A DNA stretch of 64,000 nucleotides from Bacteroidota bacterium (GCA_021767705.1 JAASSU010000001.1:7558-71557), one strand, 5' to 3'; positions 37,153 through 48,377 are shown, counted from the stretch's first letter. Numbers and translations: made by a program. The notes: generated by a model not told the origin, from the sequence alone.

Positions 37153-38613
37153 ATGAAAAACATCAGCACATTCATTCTATTTAGTTTTATGTTTTGGGCT
37201 CATGTATTATCCCAAACACCTGATACATTATGGACAAAATCTTTTGGAGGCAATGGTGAGGACTGGATTGGCTCCTCAGTGACTCAAACTGATGACAATG
37301 GGTTTATTATGGCGGGGTGGTATGATAACGGTGATGCCGCGGATGTATGGCTTCTTAAAACCGATGCCAACGGTGATACCCTTTGGACTAAAACCTTCGG
37401 CGGCAGTGAAGATGATATGGGTTCAGATATAGTGATCACGCCACAGGGGGATTATGTTATTGCCGCAATTACGCATTCTTATGGTGCAGGAGAAGATGAT
37501 TGGTGGCTTATTAAAACGGATGCCGATGGCAATATGATCTGGAATAAAACCTATGGGGGTATTGAAGAAGATGAGGATGTTTCTATTGAAAAAACAAGCG
37601 ATGGGGGTTTTATATTAACCGGCCAACATACTATAGATGGTGATGGACAGGTATGGCTTGTGAAAACCGATAGTAATGGAAATGTAGTGTGGGACAACTA
37701 TGCATTCCCAAATGCTGAAGCAGGGAGTGTCGGACATTGTGTTAGACAAACCACCGACGGCGGCTACATTATCGTCGGAGAAAATGATGATCTAGGCATC
37801 TGGCTGATTAAGACCGATCCATCAGGAAACATGGAGTGGAACAATGCATATGGAGGTTCTGAACCATGTTGCGATGAGGGTTATATTGTCGAGCAAACTT
37901 CTGATAATGGTTTCATTTTGGGAGGAGAAACTCTATCATTTGGGCCAAACGACAGCACAACTTATGCGTGGTTAATCAAAACCGATGAGCAGGGCGACAC
38001 GCTCTGGACCCAAAAATATTTTCAAGCATTACCCGACAGCATTGGTGCTTCTGTGGGTTATGGGAATTCACTTATGCAAACAGAGGATGGAGGATATCTG
38101 TTTACCGGTTTCAGAGGATTAAATGCAGGTGAGTTGGACTTGTTCCTCACAAAAACCGATGAAAATGGCACTGAACAGTGGACTGAGATATTAGAAAACG
38201 CGGCAGGTATGTGCCTGACCCAAACCGCGCAGGGAAACATCATGGTAGGTGGGTTAAATCCTACTTCTGAAGGAGATATGAACATTTTCTTATCTCTTTT
38301 CAATGTAACTACTACTGGAATTGGCTATTCTGACTATCTGGGATATAAAGCCAATATGCTATATCAAAATTATCCGAACCCTTTTTTTGCTAATACAATC
38401 ATACCTTATAAGATCAGCCAACCAGGACAGGTGTCATTAAAAATTTACGATAGTTCTGGACAGTTGGTTCAAACGGTAACAGAGAAATTTCATGAGCCCG
38501 GTACATATGTCATTAATATCCAGAATCCTACACTGAGAAATGGTTTTTATTACTATACACTACAAGTTGGAAATGATTTTGTTGGAAGCAGAAAAATGTT
38601 AATGTCGCATTAA
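37153..38613 (+). CDS. Secreted repeat (beta-propeller-like) protein with a T9SS type A C-terminal sorting domain
   Basis: Signal peptide. About 7 repeats of W(L/V)(L/I/V)KTDxxGxxxWxKxxGG. C-terminal T9SS tail is NYPNPFFANTIIPYKISQPGQVSLKIYDSSGQLVQTV...GFYYYTLQVG. Confidence 0.8.
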   Translation: MKNISTFILFSFMFWAHVLSQTPDTLWTKSFGGNGEDWIGSSVTQTDDNGFIMAGWYDNGDAADVWLLKTDANGDTLWTKTFGGSEDDMGSDIVITPQGDYVIAAITHSYGAGEDDWWLIKTDADGNMIWNKTYGGIEEDEDVSIEKTSDGGFILTGQHTIDGDGQVWLVKTDSNGNVVWDNYAFPNAEAGSVGHCVRQTTDGGYIIVGENDDLGIWLIKTDPSGNMEWNNAYGGSEPCCDEGYIVEQTSDNGFILGGETLSFGPNDSTTYAWLIKTDEQGDTLWTQKYFQALPDSIGASVGYGNSLMQTEDGGYLFTGFRGLNAGELDLFLTKTDENGTEQWTEILENAAGMCLTQTAQGNIMVGGLNPTSEGDMNIFLSLFNVTTTGIGYSDYLGYKANMLYQNYPNPFFANTIIPYKISQPGQVSLKIYDSSGQLVQTVTEKFHEPGTYVINIQNPTLRNGFYYYTLQVGNDFVGSRKMLMSH

Positions 38614-38634
38614 AATATTCAATACTTAATAGCT

Positions 38635-39936
38635 ATGAAATACATAACTTATTTTCAAATGGTAGCGGCTTCTGTTATTGTAATTTTCAGTAGTTGTGAA
38701 AAAGATCCGGATAATGGCCCCCCCGGAACAACCACCTATGATCAACCGATACTGGACCTTTCAGATGCTTCGGCATTGGTGGCGCTGGAGACCGGAGAAG
38801 GACACAAGAATTCGTTGGAAGATGAAAACAGTAATCTATATAAATTAACAACCGATGGCACTTATGAGATGGTCCGGTTTGTCAATCCGGATGGCTCTGA
38901 AGTTGACCCTGATCTAGCTGAAACCCGTATCATAGTTGAAGAAATTTTTAACCTGACCGACGAGTACCTGGTACTCAGGGGTGATTTCAATCTTTATGAT
39001 ACCCTGGGTAATACGCAATTCTATCAGCAATTAATGATACGTAAAACGGACGGTGCAATTTTTGAATACACTCTGGGAATGGGAGATTCAGGACCGGATA
39101 ATTTCATTAACAGCCCGGTTGTCCGTCATGATGAAAAGGGGAATATTTATTTTGGAAAACGGCATTATGCTATTATTAGGTTGTTGTTAGAAGCTCAGGC
39201 TCCGGAATATGTCAATATCCTGCCCAGTGGACAGTCCTATTCTCAATTTACAACTGACAAGTTTGGGAACTGTATTTATACAGATGAAGACTATGATTTT
39301 AAGATATTAAAGGAAAGTGGCGGTTTGGAAGAAATAGAAACCAAAGATTATACTGATGCTTTCTGGAAAGGTTTGGATGGTAAATTATACCTGAAGATGC
39401 AAGAGTATGATGAAAACAGTTATGTTTATCGTCTGGATTACAATGATGATAATATTTCTCAGGTTCAGGTTTTTGAAGACACGGAGGGTTTGATACATCA
39501 CAATTTTTTCACCGGAGAATATTACAAAATTGAAAAAGCATCTTCCATACTATTCATCGATACCAATGAAGAGGCCTTGCAATCCTGGGAGTTTTTTGAA
39601 AATGATTATACAGTAGAAGCCGTCGAGACGCCTATAGCACCTGCTCGATTTTACGACGGTTCATCAAGTCTTGTGAATGCAAGCAACTTTCTTTATATGT
39701 TCAATGAAACAAAGCTTTACAAAGTGGATTTAAATGATTACATTTCAACGAAACTCTCCTCGGATGAATATGAGTTTTATAATCTGGGCATTAATGCAAA
39801 TAAAGAGTTAATGTTCAGTGCCCTGAGATATTCGGATGCCAAAAAGGTAATCGGAAAAATCACAGCCTCGGATGAGATCATTATACTGGATTCAGAATCG
39901 GACAAAAAGGCTATTGCTTTTACAAGACTTGATTAG
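38635..39936 (+). CDS. Hypothetical lipoprotein
   Basis: Lipobox is VIFSSC, followed by the acidic stretch EKDPD. No family is recognised. Confidence 0.55.
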   Translation: MKYITYFQMVAASVIVIFSSCEKDPDNGPPGTTTYDQPILDLSDASALVALETGEGHKNSLEDENSNLYKLTTDGTYEMVRFVNPDGSEVDPDLAETRIIVEEIFNLTDEYLVLRGDFNLYDTLGNTQFYQQLMIRKTDGAIFEYTLGMGDSGPDNFINSPVVRHDEKGNIYFGKRHYAIIRLLLEAQAPEYVNILPSGQSYSQFTTDKFGNCIYTDEDYDFKILKESGGLEEIETKDYTDAFWKGLDGKLYLKMQEYDENSYVYRLDYNDDNISQVQVFEDTEGLIHHNFFTGEYYKIEKASSILFIDTNEEALQSWEFFENDYTVEAVETPIAPARFYDGSSSLVNASNFLYMFNETKLYKVDLNDYISTKLSSDEYEFYNLGINANKELMFSALRYSDAKKVIGKITASDEIIILDSESDKKAIAFTRLD

Positions 39937-39985
39937 CAACCCATAGGAGGCTGTCTTGATTTTGAAACAATTAATCCTTTAAAAG

Positions 39986-40591
39986 ATGAAAATCATGAAA
40001 AAAATTGGATTAAAAATTTTGTCTTTCTTAATAGTTATTGCCATTATCTTCTCAGCGTGTTCAAAAGATAACGGTGATAATGAAACAGAAGATAATACTG
40101 TAATAGAATCCGGCACCCCATACTTTACATTCAAAATTGGAAGCAGGCAACCTGTAACAGTAAATTGCGAGAGGATTACTTTTGTGGCTGAATCAGGTGG
40201 CGATCATATACAACCAGTACTTGGTAAATCGGAGTCGATTAATTCTACGTTTTCCTATGCATATTATGGTTCATCGGCAATTATGGACACGCTTAAAAGT
40301 GGCGAATTTCCCCTAATTCCCTATACAGGTTGGTCATCAAAAATTCCCATGCATTTTAGTTTAAAAGCACCTCGCACAGAGGGTGAAAATGATTTCTATT
40401 TAACCACGGCTGATTCATCTTCGCAGTATAAACATTTAATAGAATCTATTGAGAAAAAAGATGTAGAAAGTGGAATGAGAGTATATTATGTCAATGGTTC
40501 TTATAATCTAAAAGCCGAAAACATTATTGATAATGAGATAGTTGATATATCTGGCCAATATCATTTTAAGCTGTTGACTGTTGAGGAATAA
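39986..40591 (+). CDS. Hypothetical lipoprotein
   Basis: Lipobox is IFSAC, followed by SKDNGDNETEDN. No family is recognised. An alternative start is ATG 39995. Confidence 0.5.
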   Translation: MKIMKKIGLKILSFLIVIAIIFSACSKDNGDNETEDNTVIESGTPYFTFKIGSRQPVTVNCERITFVAESGGDHIQPVLGKSESINSTFSYAYYGSSAIMDTLKSGEFPLIPYTGWSSKIPMHFSLKAPRTEGENDFYLTTADSSSQYKHLIESIEKKDVESGMRVYYVNGSYNLKAENIIDNEIVDISGQYHFKLLTVEE

Positions 40592-41331
40592 TGATGTCAA
40601 TACAAGAGGCGCTGTGCCTATTTACAACACAAGCTGGAAGTTTCGTTTCATTGAATTTTATGATTTCAATATTGATTTCTTCAAGGTTTTTGCTGACCAA
40701 TGCCACCATGGTAAGGAAGAAAATCATTTTTCCCGGCCCTGGAAGAAGCAGGTATCGCCAGGAAAGGTGGCCCTATCGGTGTAATGCTGGAAGAACATGA
40801 GCAGGGACGTACGTTGATAAAAAATATGCATAGCACTGTGGCTAAAGAAGATATGGACAAGAAAGCATTTATAAACGCAGCATCGTCTTATATTGAACTT
40901 CTAAGAAATCATATCACCAAAGAAAACACCATCTTTTTTCCCTTTTGGGCATTGCCTTTGAATCGGGCTTTAATTCCAAGTCAGCATTCAACAGATTATT
41001 TTATGGAAACAGCTGTCAGGCTGCACCGTGCAGCAGAAGGCATGCCCTTTACAGGATTGAAACCTGCCAGTCCTAATCCAACGGATATTGAAAAAGCAGA
41101 GAAAGCCTTGGTGACTGGCAACATTGATCCTTTGCAAACCCTTCTGAAAGAGGAATTGGATAATGAGACTTCGAAATGGTTTAAAAAAGCCCTGGAAGCA
41201 AAGAAAAATAAAGGTAAAAGTTTAGAAGCTGGACGTCGATGGGTGGATAGTTATGTGAAGTACATCGTAATACTCACAAACTCTACATGAAAATTCAAGC
41301 CGGACCACCTCATGGTGTTGGTGAAGAGTAA
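40581..41331 (+). pseudogene. Decayed hemerythrin-domain gene fused to the C-terminal part of another small gene (multiple frameshifts)
   Basis: Frame 3 reads FADQCHHGKEENH up to the T5 run at 40727-40731. The hemerythrin continuation FFPALEEAGIARKGGPIGVMLEEHEQGR...HITKENTIFFP is in frame 2. The downstream part (ETAVRLHRAAEGMPFTGLKPAS...EAGRRWVDSYVKY) belongs to a different family, which I recall as DUF6448-like, and seems to shift frame again near 41265, giving HKLYMKIQAGPPHGVGEE. Confidence 0.65.
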
Positions 41332-41593
41332 ACCTAACATATTATTAATAAGCCCTGATTTAGCTTCGGGGCTTATTGTTTGATACTTAAGCAAAAAATA
41401 TGGAGTAAATATTTCTTGTTAACGTTTCCTTAACAAAATATAAATGGTTTTAGTGTCTTGATATATAATTATTTATGTGATTTATAAAGTTTATACAGGT
41501 AAACTTGTACTTATATACTTGCTTATAAGATGATCTTTTTAGAACTTTGGGGAAGTAAGCTTAGTTTTTAGGTTCTTAAATTAATAATACCGC

Positions 41594-42454
41594 ATGAAAA
41601 CATTTAATCGTTATACCACCATTATCATTATTCTGGGCTTTATATGTACATGCACTTATGGCCAGAGCAACGACGGAAAAGCATTATTTGAAAAATATAG
41701 TTGCCAGGGCTGTCATACTATTAATAAGGGCAGGCTGGTTGGTCCTGACCTTGCAAATATCGGTGATAAACGTTCAGAAACCTGGCTAAAGGAATTCATC
41801 AGATCGCCTCAAACCATGATACAAAATGGCGATTCTATAGCTGTCAGCCTTTATGAAGAATATAACAACGTGGTGATGCCTGCAAATAATCTTACGTCGT
41901 CAGAAATGGAGGCCATTCTTCAATATATAAAAAAGGAGTCTCCGGAAAATGTTTCCGAAAAACCTGACCAAAAAAGACAAAAGCAAGCATCTACTTTTAC
42001 CGCTAATAATTTTACTACCGGTGAGAACCTATTCACCGGACAGTTACGTTTCTTTAACAAAGGACCTTCATGTGTTACTTGTCATCACATATCCACACAA
42101 AATCGCTTTGCTGGTGGCAACCTCGCGGTAGATCTGGCTGGCAGCTTCAAAAAACTAAATGAGTCTGGGGTCAAAGCTGTTTTACGAAACCCTGCTTTCC
42201 CAGTTATGAAAGCAGCCTATAAAAACAAACCCCTCCTGGATGCGGAAATTCATAACCTGACAGCTTTTTTGAAGAAATCCTCCGAAACAGAGCAGGCTGC
42301 AAATACAGCTTCCTTTAGCATTTCCACTAAACTAATTGTATTGGGTTTAGTGGGAACAGCATTGCTGCTAATATTAATTTCTCTTATTTGGCGAAAGAGG
42401 AAAAAACAAGGCGTTCATGATAAGATATTTAACCGTCAGTTAAAGACTATCTAA
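41594..42454 (+). CDS. Membrane-anchored periplasmic diheme cytochrome c leading the second nar operon (NarC-like)
   Basis: Signal peptide, two CxxCH motifs (CQGCH, CVTCH) and a C-terminal TM anchor [20 protein letters not shown] followed by RKRKK. It ends 21 nt upstream of narG copy 2. Confidence 0.75.
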   Translation: MKTFNRYTTIIIILGFICTCTYGQSNDGKALFEKYSCQGCHTINKGRLVGPDLANIGDKRSETWLKEFIRSPQTMIQNGDSIAVSLYEEYNNVVMPANNLTSSEMEAILQYIKKESPENVSEKPDQKRQKQASTFTANNFTTGENLFTGQLRFFNKGPSCVTCHHISTQNRFAGGNLAVDLAGSFKKLNESGVKAVLRNPAFPVMKAAYKNKPLLDAEIHNLTAFLKKSSETEQAANTASFSISTKLIVLGLVGTALLLILISLIWRKRKKQGVHDKIFNRQLKTI

Positions 42455-42474
42455 AAATAAAAACCATAAATACG

Positions 42475-45400
42475 ATGAGTTGGATTGAAAATCTCATATC
42501 ACCCAAAACCCGGAAGTGGGAAGAGTTTTACCGCAACCGTTTTCAACACGACAAGGTTTACAGAAGCACCCACGGGGTAAACTGCACCGGTGGTTGCTCC
42601 TGGCAGATTCATGTAAAAGACGGTATTGTAGTTTGGGAAACACAACAACTGGATTATCCTTTGCTTGAAGATAAACTACCACCCTATGAACCAAGAGGCT
42701 GCCAAAGGGGTATCTCCTTCTCCTGGTATCTATACAGCCCGCTGCGTATCAAGTACCCCTTGGTTCGCGGAAAACTCCTTGATGCCTACCGTGAAAAGAA
42801 AAAGGAAACCGGCGACCCCGTCTTAGCTTGGAAAAGCCTTCAGGAAGATACGAAAAAGCGAAAGGAGTATCAACAAGCCCGCGGCAAAGGGGGCTTCAGA
42901 AGGGCCGGTTGGGATGAACTTTTGGAAATCATTGCCGCTTCCAACATCTACACAGCCCAAAAGTACGGGCCCGACCGCGTCATTGGCTTCTCCCCTATTC
43001 CGGCGATGTCGATGCTGAGCTATGCCGCTGGCAGCCGCTTTCTGCAACTTTTTGGTGGGGTAAACCTCAGCTTCTATGATTGGTATTGTGATCTGCCTAA
43101 TGCCTCACCCGAAGTGTGGGGCGAACAAACCGATGTGGCCGAAAGTGCTGATTGGTTTAACTCCAAATTCATTGCTGTAATGGGTGCCAACCTGAACATG
43201 ACACGGACACCTGACACCCATTTCTTTGCTGAAGCAAGGCACAACGGAACCAAAACAGTTGTATTCTCCCCCGATTTCAGCCAGGTGGCTAAATATTCCG
43301 ACCAGTGGGTTCCCCTCCATGTCGGTAGTGACGGAGCTTATTGGATGGGCGTAACGCATGTTATCCTGCAGGAATTTCATCATAAGAAACAAGTGCCCTA
43401 TTTCATCAATTATACCAAGCAATACACCGACAGTCCATACCTGGTAGAACTTACAGTGCAGGAAGGGAAACTAAAGCCCGGAAAATTAGTCCGCGCCAAC
43501 CGCCTGGAAACCTTTCAGGATATTGCCAATGGAGAATGGAAATTTCTGAATATTGATAAAAATTCCGGAACACCCGTCGTGCCCAAAGGAAATATTGGTC
43601 ACCGTTGGGACAAGGAACAGGGCAACTGGAACCTGAAGCTGGAAGATGCTGTACATCATCAGCCATACGATCCGGAGCTAACATTGCTCGGAAAAGAAGA
43701 TGAGGTGGTTCAGGTAGAGTTCAACGATTTTGGACTGGACAACAGCAGACAAAGGGGCGTACCGGCACGGAAAATGACCACAGCAGATGGCTCCTCTATC
43801 TATGTGGCTACCGTGTATGACATTATGATGGCGCAATACGGCATTAACCGAGGGCTGGAAGGTGATTATCCTACCAACCAAGGATATTACGACCGGGATG
43901 CTGCTTTTACCCCTGCCTGGCAGGAGATTTTTACCGGCACGGATGCAGATACGGTTATCCAGTTTGCCCGCGAATGGGCAGCCACCGCCGAAGCTTCTAA
44001 CGGGAAATGCTCCATCATTATCGGCGCCGGCGTTAATCACTGGTATCAGAACAACCTGATGTACCGGGCGGGAATTATGTCACTGATGCTGTGCGGATGT
44101 GTGGGCGTGAATGGTGGCGGACTAAACCACTATGTGGGGCAGGAAAAACTGGCTCCTTCCGATTCGTGGGGAAGCATTGCTTTTGCGAAAGACTGGATGG
44201 ATGCAGCCCGACTTCAGCAGGCACCTATCTGGCACTACATCAACACCTCTCAATACCGGTATGACGGCTTCTCCTCAGAATACAACATTGCTCCGGAAAA
44301 CGAGCACACCAATAGCCATAATGCAGATCTTATCCTGAAATCGATACGGATGGGCTGGATGCCATATTATCCACAGTTCAATAAAAACCCGCTGGACCTT
44401 TGCAAGGAAGCGGTAGAAAGCGGAGCTTCGACCAATGAAGAAATAAAAACATTTATTGTTGATCAGCTTCAATCAGGGCAACTTAATTATGCCGCTGCCG
44501 ACCCTGAGGCGGATGAAAACCACCCGAGGGTCTGGTACATCTGGCGGGGCAATGCCATTTCGGGAAGTATGAAAGGTCATGAGTACCTTTTGAAGCATTA
44601 CCTGGGCACCCACTCCAACGCTATAGCTCCCGACAGGGAAGAGCAAAAAACCGATGAAGTGAAATGGCACGATGTGGCGGCTACCGGAAAGATGGATCTG
44701 GTGGTGGATCTGAATTTCCGGATGGACTCTTCTGCCCTCTACTCGGATATCGTCCTTCCGGCGGCTTCGTGGTACGAAAAGGATGACCTCAACAGCACCG
44801 ATATGCACTCGTTTATCCATCCCTTAACGGCAGCCATTGCCCCGGTGTGGGAGTCGAAATCCGACTGGGACATTTTTAAGCATATCGCCCGGAAAACCTC
44901 TGAGTTGGCCAAAGACGCTTTTTCTGAACCTGTGAAAGACGTAGTAGCGGCTCCATTGGCGCACGACACGCCGGATGAAATCGCCCAACCCGAAGTAAAA
45001 GACTGGGCTAAAGGGGAATGTGAAGCGATTCCAGGTAAATCCATGCACAAACTGAAAATCGTGGAGCGCGATTACAGTCGCCTCTATGAGCGTTTTATCA
45101 GCCTTGGCGATAAAGTAAAGGCGAATGGCTTGGGGGCTCACGGCAATTCCTATCATTGTGATGATGTGTATGAGGAAATGGTCAATTCTTCACATTTTTC
45201 AAAGGAGCAAATTGATGGCAAACAATACCCTTCATTGAAAGAAGCCCAATCGGCGGCCAATGTCGTGCTCAGGCTGTCATCGCTTACCAATGGAGAGCTT
45301 GCCATGCGGGCATACCGGAACGCCGAAAAGAAAACCGGGTTAAAATTGATCGATATCGCTGAAGGAAGTGCCAATGTGCGCATCAGTTTTCGCGATTTGA

Positions 45401-46101
45401 AATCACATCCCCACCGTTATAACAATTCACCGGTATGGTCGGGACTGATGAATGGTGGTCGCGCCTATTCGGCATATACTTATAACGTAGAACGCCTGGT
45501 ACCCTGGCGCACCCTCACCGGACGTCAGCACAGCTACCTCGACCATCCGTTTTACCTGGCTTACGGAGAAAATATGCCCACCTATAAACCCTCGCCCAAG
45601 TGGGAACTTTATGGCGACTTAAGGGAAACGCTGAAAAATGGAGAAGCAAAAGTACTGAACTGCCTGACACCGCACGGTAAATGGCATATTCATTCTACGT
45701 ATATGGACAATATCCGCATGCTCACTCTATCAAGAGGAATAGAGCCATGCTGGCTGAGCGAAGCAGATGCCGCCATCCTGGATATCAAAGATAACGACTG
45801 GGTGGAAGTGTATAACGATCACGGTGTATTCAGCACCCGGGCTGTGGTCAGCAACCGCATCCCGAAAGGTGTTTGCATTGTTTACCATGCCTCTGAACGA
45901 ACCATTAGTGTACCTAAATCGCAGGTCAGGAAAGGAAAACGAGCCGGGGGCAACAACAGCTTTACAAGGATACACCTCAAACCCAACCTGCTGGCAGGAG
46001 GATATGGGCAGTTCTCGTATCATTTCAATTATTGGGGCCCTACAGCCCCCAACCGTGATACGCATGTGATAATTAAGAAAATGACAAAAGTGGAGTTTTA
46101 A
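42475..46101 (+). CDS. narG: Respiratory nitrate reductase alpha subunit (copy 2, divergent paralog)
   Basis: 1208 aa. FS0 motif is [13 protein letters not shown]. The Mo-ligand region is [30 protein letters not shown]. No Tat leader is present. Confidence 0.95.
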   Translation: MSWIENLISPKTRKWEEFYRNRFQHDKVYRSTHGVNCTGGCSWQIHVKDGIVVWETQQLDYPLLEDKLPPYEPRGCQRGISFSWYLYSPLRIKYPLVRGKLLDAYREKKKETGDPVLAWKSLQEDTKKRKEYQQARGKGGFRRAGWDELLEIIAASNIYTAQKYGPDRVIGFSPIPAMSMLSYAAGSRFLQLFGGVNLSFYDWYCDLPNASPEVWGEQTDVAESADWFNSKFIAVMGANLNMTRTPDTHFFAEARHNGTKTVVFSPDFSQVAKYSDQWVPLHVGSDGAYWMGVTHVILQEFHHKKQVPYFINYTKQYTDSPYLVELTVQEGKLKPGKLVRANRLETFQDIANGEWKFLNIDKNSGTPVVPKGNIGHRWDKEQGNWNLKLEDAVHHQPYDPELTLLGKEDEVVQVEFNDFGLDNSRQRGVPARKMTTADGSSIYVATVYDIMMAQYGINRGLEGDYPTNQGYYDRDAAFTPAWQEIFTGTDADTVIQFAREWAATAEASNGKCSIIIGAGVNHWYQNNLMYRAGIMSLMLCGCVGVNGGGLNHYVGQEKLAPSDSWGSIAFAKDWMDAARLQQAPIWHYINTSQYRYDGFSSEYNIAPENEHTNSHNADLILKSIRMGWMPYYPQFNKNPLDLCKEAVESGASTNEEIKTFIVDQLQSGQLNYAAADPEADENHPRVWYIWRGNAISGSMKGHEYLLKHYLGTHSNAIAPDREEQKTDEVKWHDVAATGKMDLVVDLNFRMDSSALYSDIVLPAASWYEKDDLNSTDMHSFIHPLTAAIAPVWESKSDWDIFKHIARKTSELAKDAFSEPVKDVVAAPLAHDTPDEIAQPEVKDWAKGECEAIPGKSMHKLKIVERDYSRLYERFISLGDKVKANGLGAHGNSYHCDDVYEEMVNSSHFSKEQIDGKQYPSLKEAQSAANVVLRLSSLTNGELAMRAYRNAEKKTGLKLIDIAEGSANVRISFRDLKSHPHRYNNSPVWSGLMNGGRAYSAYTYNVERLVPWRTLTGRQHSYLDHPFYLAYGENMPTYKPSPKWELYGDLRETLKNGEAKVLNCLTPHGKWHIHSTYMDNIRMLTLSRGIEPCWLSEADAAILDIKDNDWVEVYNDHGVFSTRAVVSNRIPKGVCIVYHASERTISVPKSQVRKGKRAGGNNSFTRIHLKPNLLAGGYGQFSYHFNYWGPTAPNRDTHVIIKKMTKVEF

Positions 46102-46115
46102 AAAGGAATAAAACT

Positions 46116-47666
46116 ATGGATGTACGTTCACAAATAGCAATGGTCTTTCACCTTGACAAATGTATTGGTTGTCATACATGCTCTGTAGCTTGCAAGAATA
46201 TCTGGACTGACCGTAAGGGAGCCGAGTACATGTGGTGGAATAACGTAGAAACAAAGCCCGGAACGGGCTACCCTACAAAATGGGAAGATCAAAGAATCTA
46301 TAAGGGCGGCTGGGAACAAAAAAACCTTAAGCTGAAACTTAAAGGGGCAGGTAAATCCAAAGGGCTTGGCAATATCTTTCATAATCCGCACCTTCCAAAA
46401 ATTGATGACTACTATGAGCCGTTTACCTATAAATATTCTAACCTCACGAATGCACCTGACCAGGAAGACCAACCCACCGCCAGGCCTGTTTCACAAATTA
46501 CAGGGAAAAACATGGACATCAAGATGGGGCCAAACTGGGACGATGACCTGAGTGGCTCACCTGATTTTGCCCGTCAGGACGTCAATATGGAGCATTTGAC
46601 CGCTGCTGAAAAAGAGGCCATGTTCCAGTTAGAACAAATGGCTTTCTTTTACCTGCCACGAATTTGTAACCATTGCCTTAATCCTGCATGTGTAGCATCA
46701 TGCCCTTCAGGGGCTATCTACAAAAGAGGGGAAGACGGTATTGTGCTCATTAACCAGGAAAAATGCCGTGCCTGGAGGATGTGTGTAACAGCATGTCCCT
46801 ATAAAAAGGCCTACTTCAACTGGAACACCGGTAAATCGGAAAAATGTATCCTATGCTATCCAAGACTTGAATCAGGACAGGCACCAGCTTGCATGCACTC
46901 TTGCGTGGGAAGGATACGCTACCTTGGGGTTGTGCTTTATGATGCTGACCGCATTCATGATACAGCCAATAGCAATGAGGAACAACTTATCGATAACCAT
47001 TATGATATGCTGCTGGATCCTTTTGACGATGAAGTGATCCGTGAAGCCAAAAAGAATTATACAGCCGACTCTACCATTGAAGCTGCTCAAAAGTCGCCCG
47101 TTTACAAATGGGTGAAAGAGTGGGGGCTCGCACTTCCGCTACATGCCGAATACCGTACCCTGCCCATGCTGTTTTATGTGCCACCATTATTGCCGGTAAT
47201 GGCCTCTTTGAGTAGTCGCGATAACCAAAAACAAAGCGATAAAGTCCATAAGAAAGGAAAGACATGGAATGTCGACTGGATATATGATACAAGCACTGAA
47301 GAATTGTGGAGCAGCATCAAGCAGGCCCGTTTTCCCGTAAAATATCTGGCCAACCTTTTTAGCAATGGCGATGAGACAAAAATTACTTTAATCATGGAAA
47401 AATTAATGGCGGTACGCATTCACCGTCGACGTGTGACTGTGGGTGATGTTGCTGACGAAAAAGCAGAATCAGTACTGCAAAAAGTCGGTTTGACGGCGGA
47501 TGAGGCTGATGCGATCTACCGGCTTACATCACTGGCTCCGTTTGACGAACGCTTTGTGATTCCACCAATGCATCGCGAAGAAGCCATCGAAATGATGGAG
47601 GATACCGGAGAATACAAAGGAGCAAGCGGCTTTGGCTTCAGAACAGAACCCAAACGCGGAAGCTGA
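46116..47666 (+). CDS. narH: Respiratory nitrate reductase beta subunit (copy 2)
   Basis: Fe-S motifs are CIGCHTCSVACK, CNHCLNPACVASCP, CRAWRMCVTACPY and CILCYPRLESGQAPACMHSCVGRIRY. It carries an extra insertion (SLSSRDNQKQSDKVHKKGKTWNVDWIYDTS) relative to copy 1. Confidence 0.95.
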   Translation: MDVRSQIAMVFHLDKCIGCHTCSVACKNIWTDRKGAEYMWWNNVETKPGTGYPTKWEDQRIYKGGWEQKNLKLKLKGAGKSKGLGNIFHNPHLPKIDDYYEPFTYKYSNLTNAPDQEDQPTARPVSQITGKNMDIKMGPNWDDDLSGSPDFARQDVNMEHLTAAEKEAMFQLEQMAFFYLPRICNHCLNPACVASCPSGAIYKRGEDGIVLINQEKCRAWRMCVTACPYKKAYFNWNTGKSEKCILCYPRLESGQAPACMHSCVGRIRYLGVVLYDADRIHDTANSNEEQLIDNHYDMLLDPFDDEVIREAKKNYTADSTIEAAQKSPVYKWVKEWGLALPLHAEYRTLPMLFYVPPLLPVMASLSSRDNQKQSDKVHKKGKTWNVDWIYDTSTEELWSSIKQARFPVKYLANLFSNGDETKITLIMEKLMAVRIHRRRVTVGDVADEKAESVLQKVGLTADEADAIYRLTSLAPFDERFVIPPMHREEAIEMMEDTGEYKGASGFGFRTEPKRGS

Positions 47667-47688
47667 ACCCAATCAAAACAAAGTAACA

Positions 47689-48366
47689 ATGAGCAATACA
47701 TCAGCAATCAATCATCTCATCAATCGATATGAACTATTCGCCACCCTGCTCGAATATCCGGGGCCGGATATCGATTCTTCTTTAGAAAAGTTGCAGGAAG
47801 AATTTTCCGGAACCTATCCACAGGCAGCGCAGGAACTACAATCTTTTGCAGCAGACTTCGGTGGGTTATCATTACAACAACGAGAAGAGCTGTATATACA
47901 CACCTTTGACGTACAGGCTCTCACAACTATGGATGTTGGTTATGTCCTTTTTGGTGAGGACTACAAGCGTGGCGAACTACTCGTACACCTCAACCGCGAG
48001 CATCGTCATGCCGGCGTGGATTGCAAAGGACAATTGGCCGATTATCTACCTAACATCCTCAGGCTGATAAGCCGAATGGAGGATAAAGCCCTGAAAGACG
48101 AATTAGTGCACCGGATTGTGATTCCCTCACTACAAAAAATCCGGCAGGATTTTCATCCGGAAAAGATTCAAAAGAAGCAGAAACTTTACAAAAAGCACCA
48201 GAAAACACTGTTGGATGACCCGGTAAAAAGGCCTTTGCTCTATTCAATGGTTTTTGATGTGCTTACCAAGATACTGCAAAGTGATTTCCAGGATGCCTTG
48301 CAACCTCAGGGTATTCCTGAGGAAGACTATGAAAAAGATATCCGTAATGAAATGAAGAACCAATAA
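47689..48366 (+). CDS. NarJ/TorD-like chaperone (copy 2, very divergent from copy 1)
   Basis: It sits between narH and narI. The protein is helical, with the chaperone-like motif GQLADYLPNILRLISRM. ATG 47689 is preferred over the track start, which overlaps narH. Confidence 0.6.
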   Translation: MSNTSAINHLINRYELFATLLEYPGPDIDSSLEKLQEEFSGTYPQAAQELQSFAADFGGLSLQQREELYIHTFDVQALTTMDVGYVLFGEDYKRGELLVHLNREHRHAGVDCKGQLADYLPNILRLISRMEDKALKDELVHRIVIPSLQKIRQDFHPEKIQKKQKLYKKHQKTLLDDPVKRPLLYSMVFDVLTKILQSDFQDALQPQGIPEEDYEKDIRNEMKNQ

Positions 48367-48377
48367 ACCAGTTAGTC

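Noticed and set aside
40581-40800. Two overlapping small ORFs (67 aa and 69 aa) as independent genes
   Set aside because: They are better explained as frame fragments of one frameshifted hemerythrin-domain gene (see the pseudogene call).
41350-41374. Hairpin AAGCCC...GGGCTT after the pseudogene as a terminator
   Set aside because: It has only a 6-bp stem, a 13-nt loop and a weak T-tract, which is too weak to call.
41380-41393. Possible FNR box TTGATACTTAAGCA upstream of the second nar operon
   Set aside because: Only the left half-site matches TTGAT. The right half matches ATCAA at 2 of 5 positions.
41332-41593. Riboswitch (for example a Moco RNA motif) in the nar leaders
   Set aside because: I could not see the conserved GC-rich stems expected. 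Both leaders are AT-rich and unstructured by eye, and a covariance-model scan would be needed to exclude one formally.
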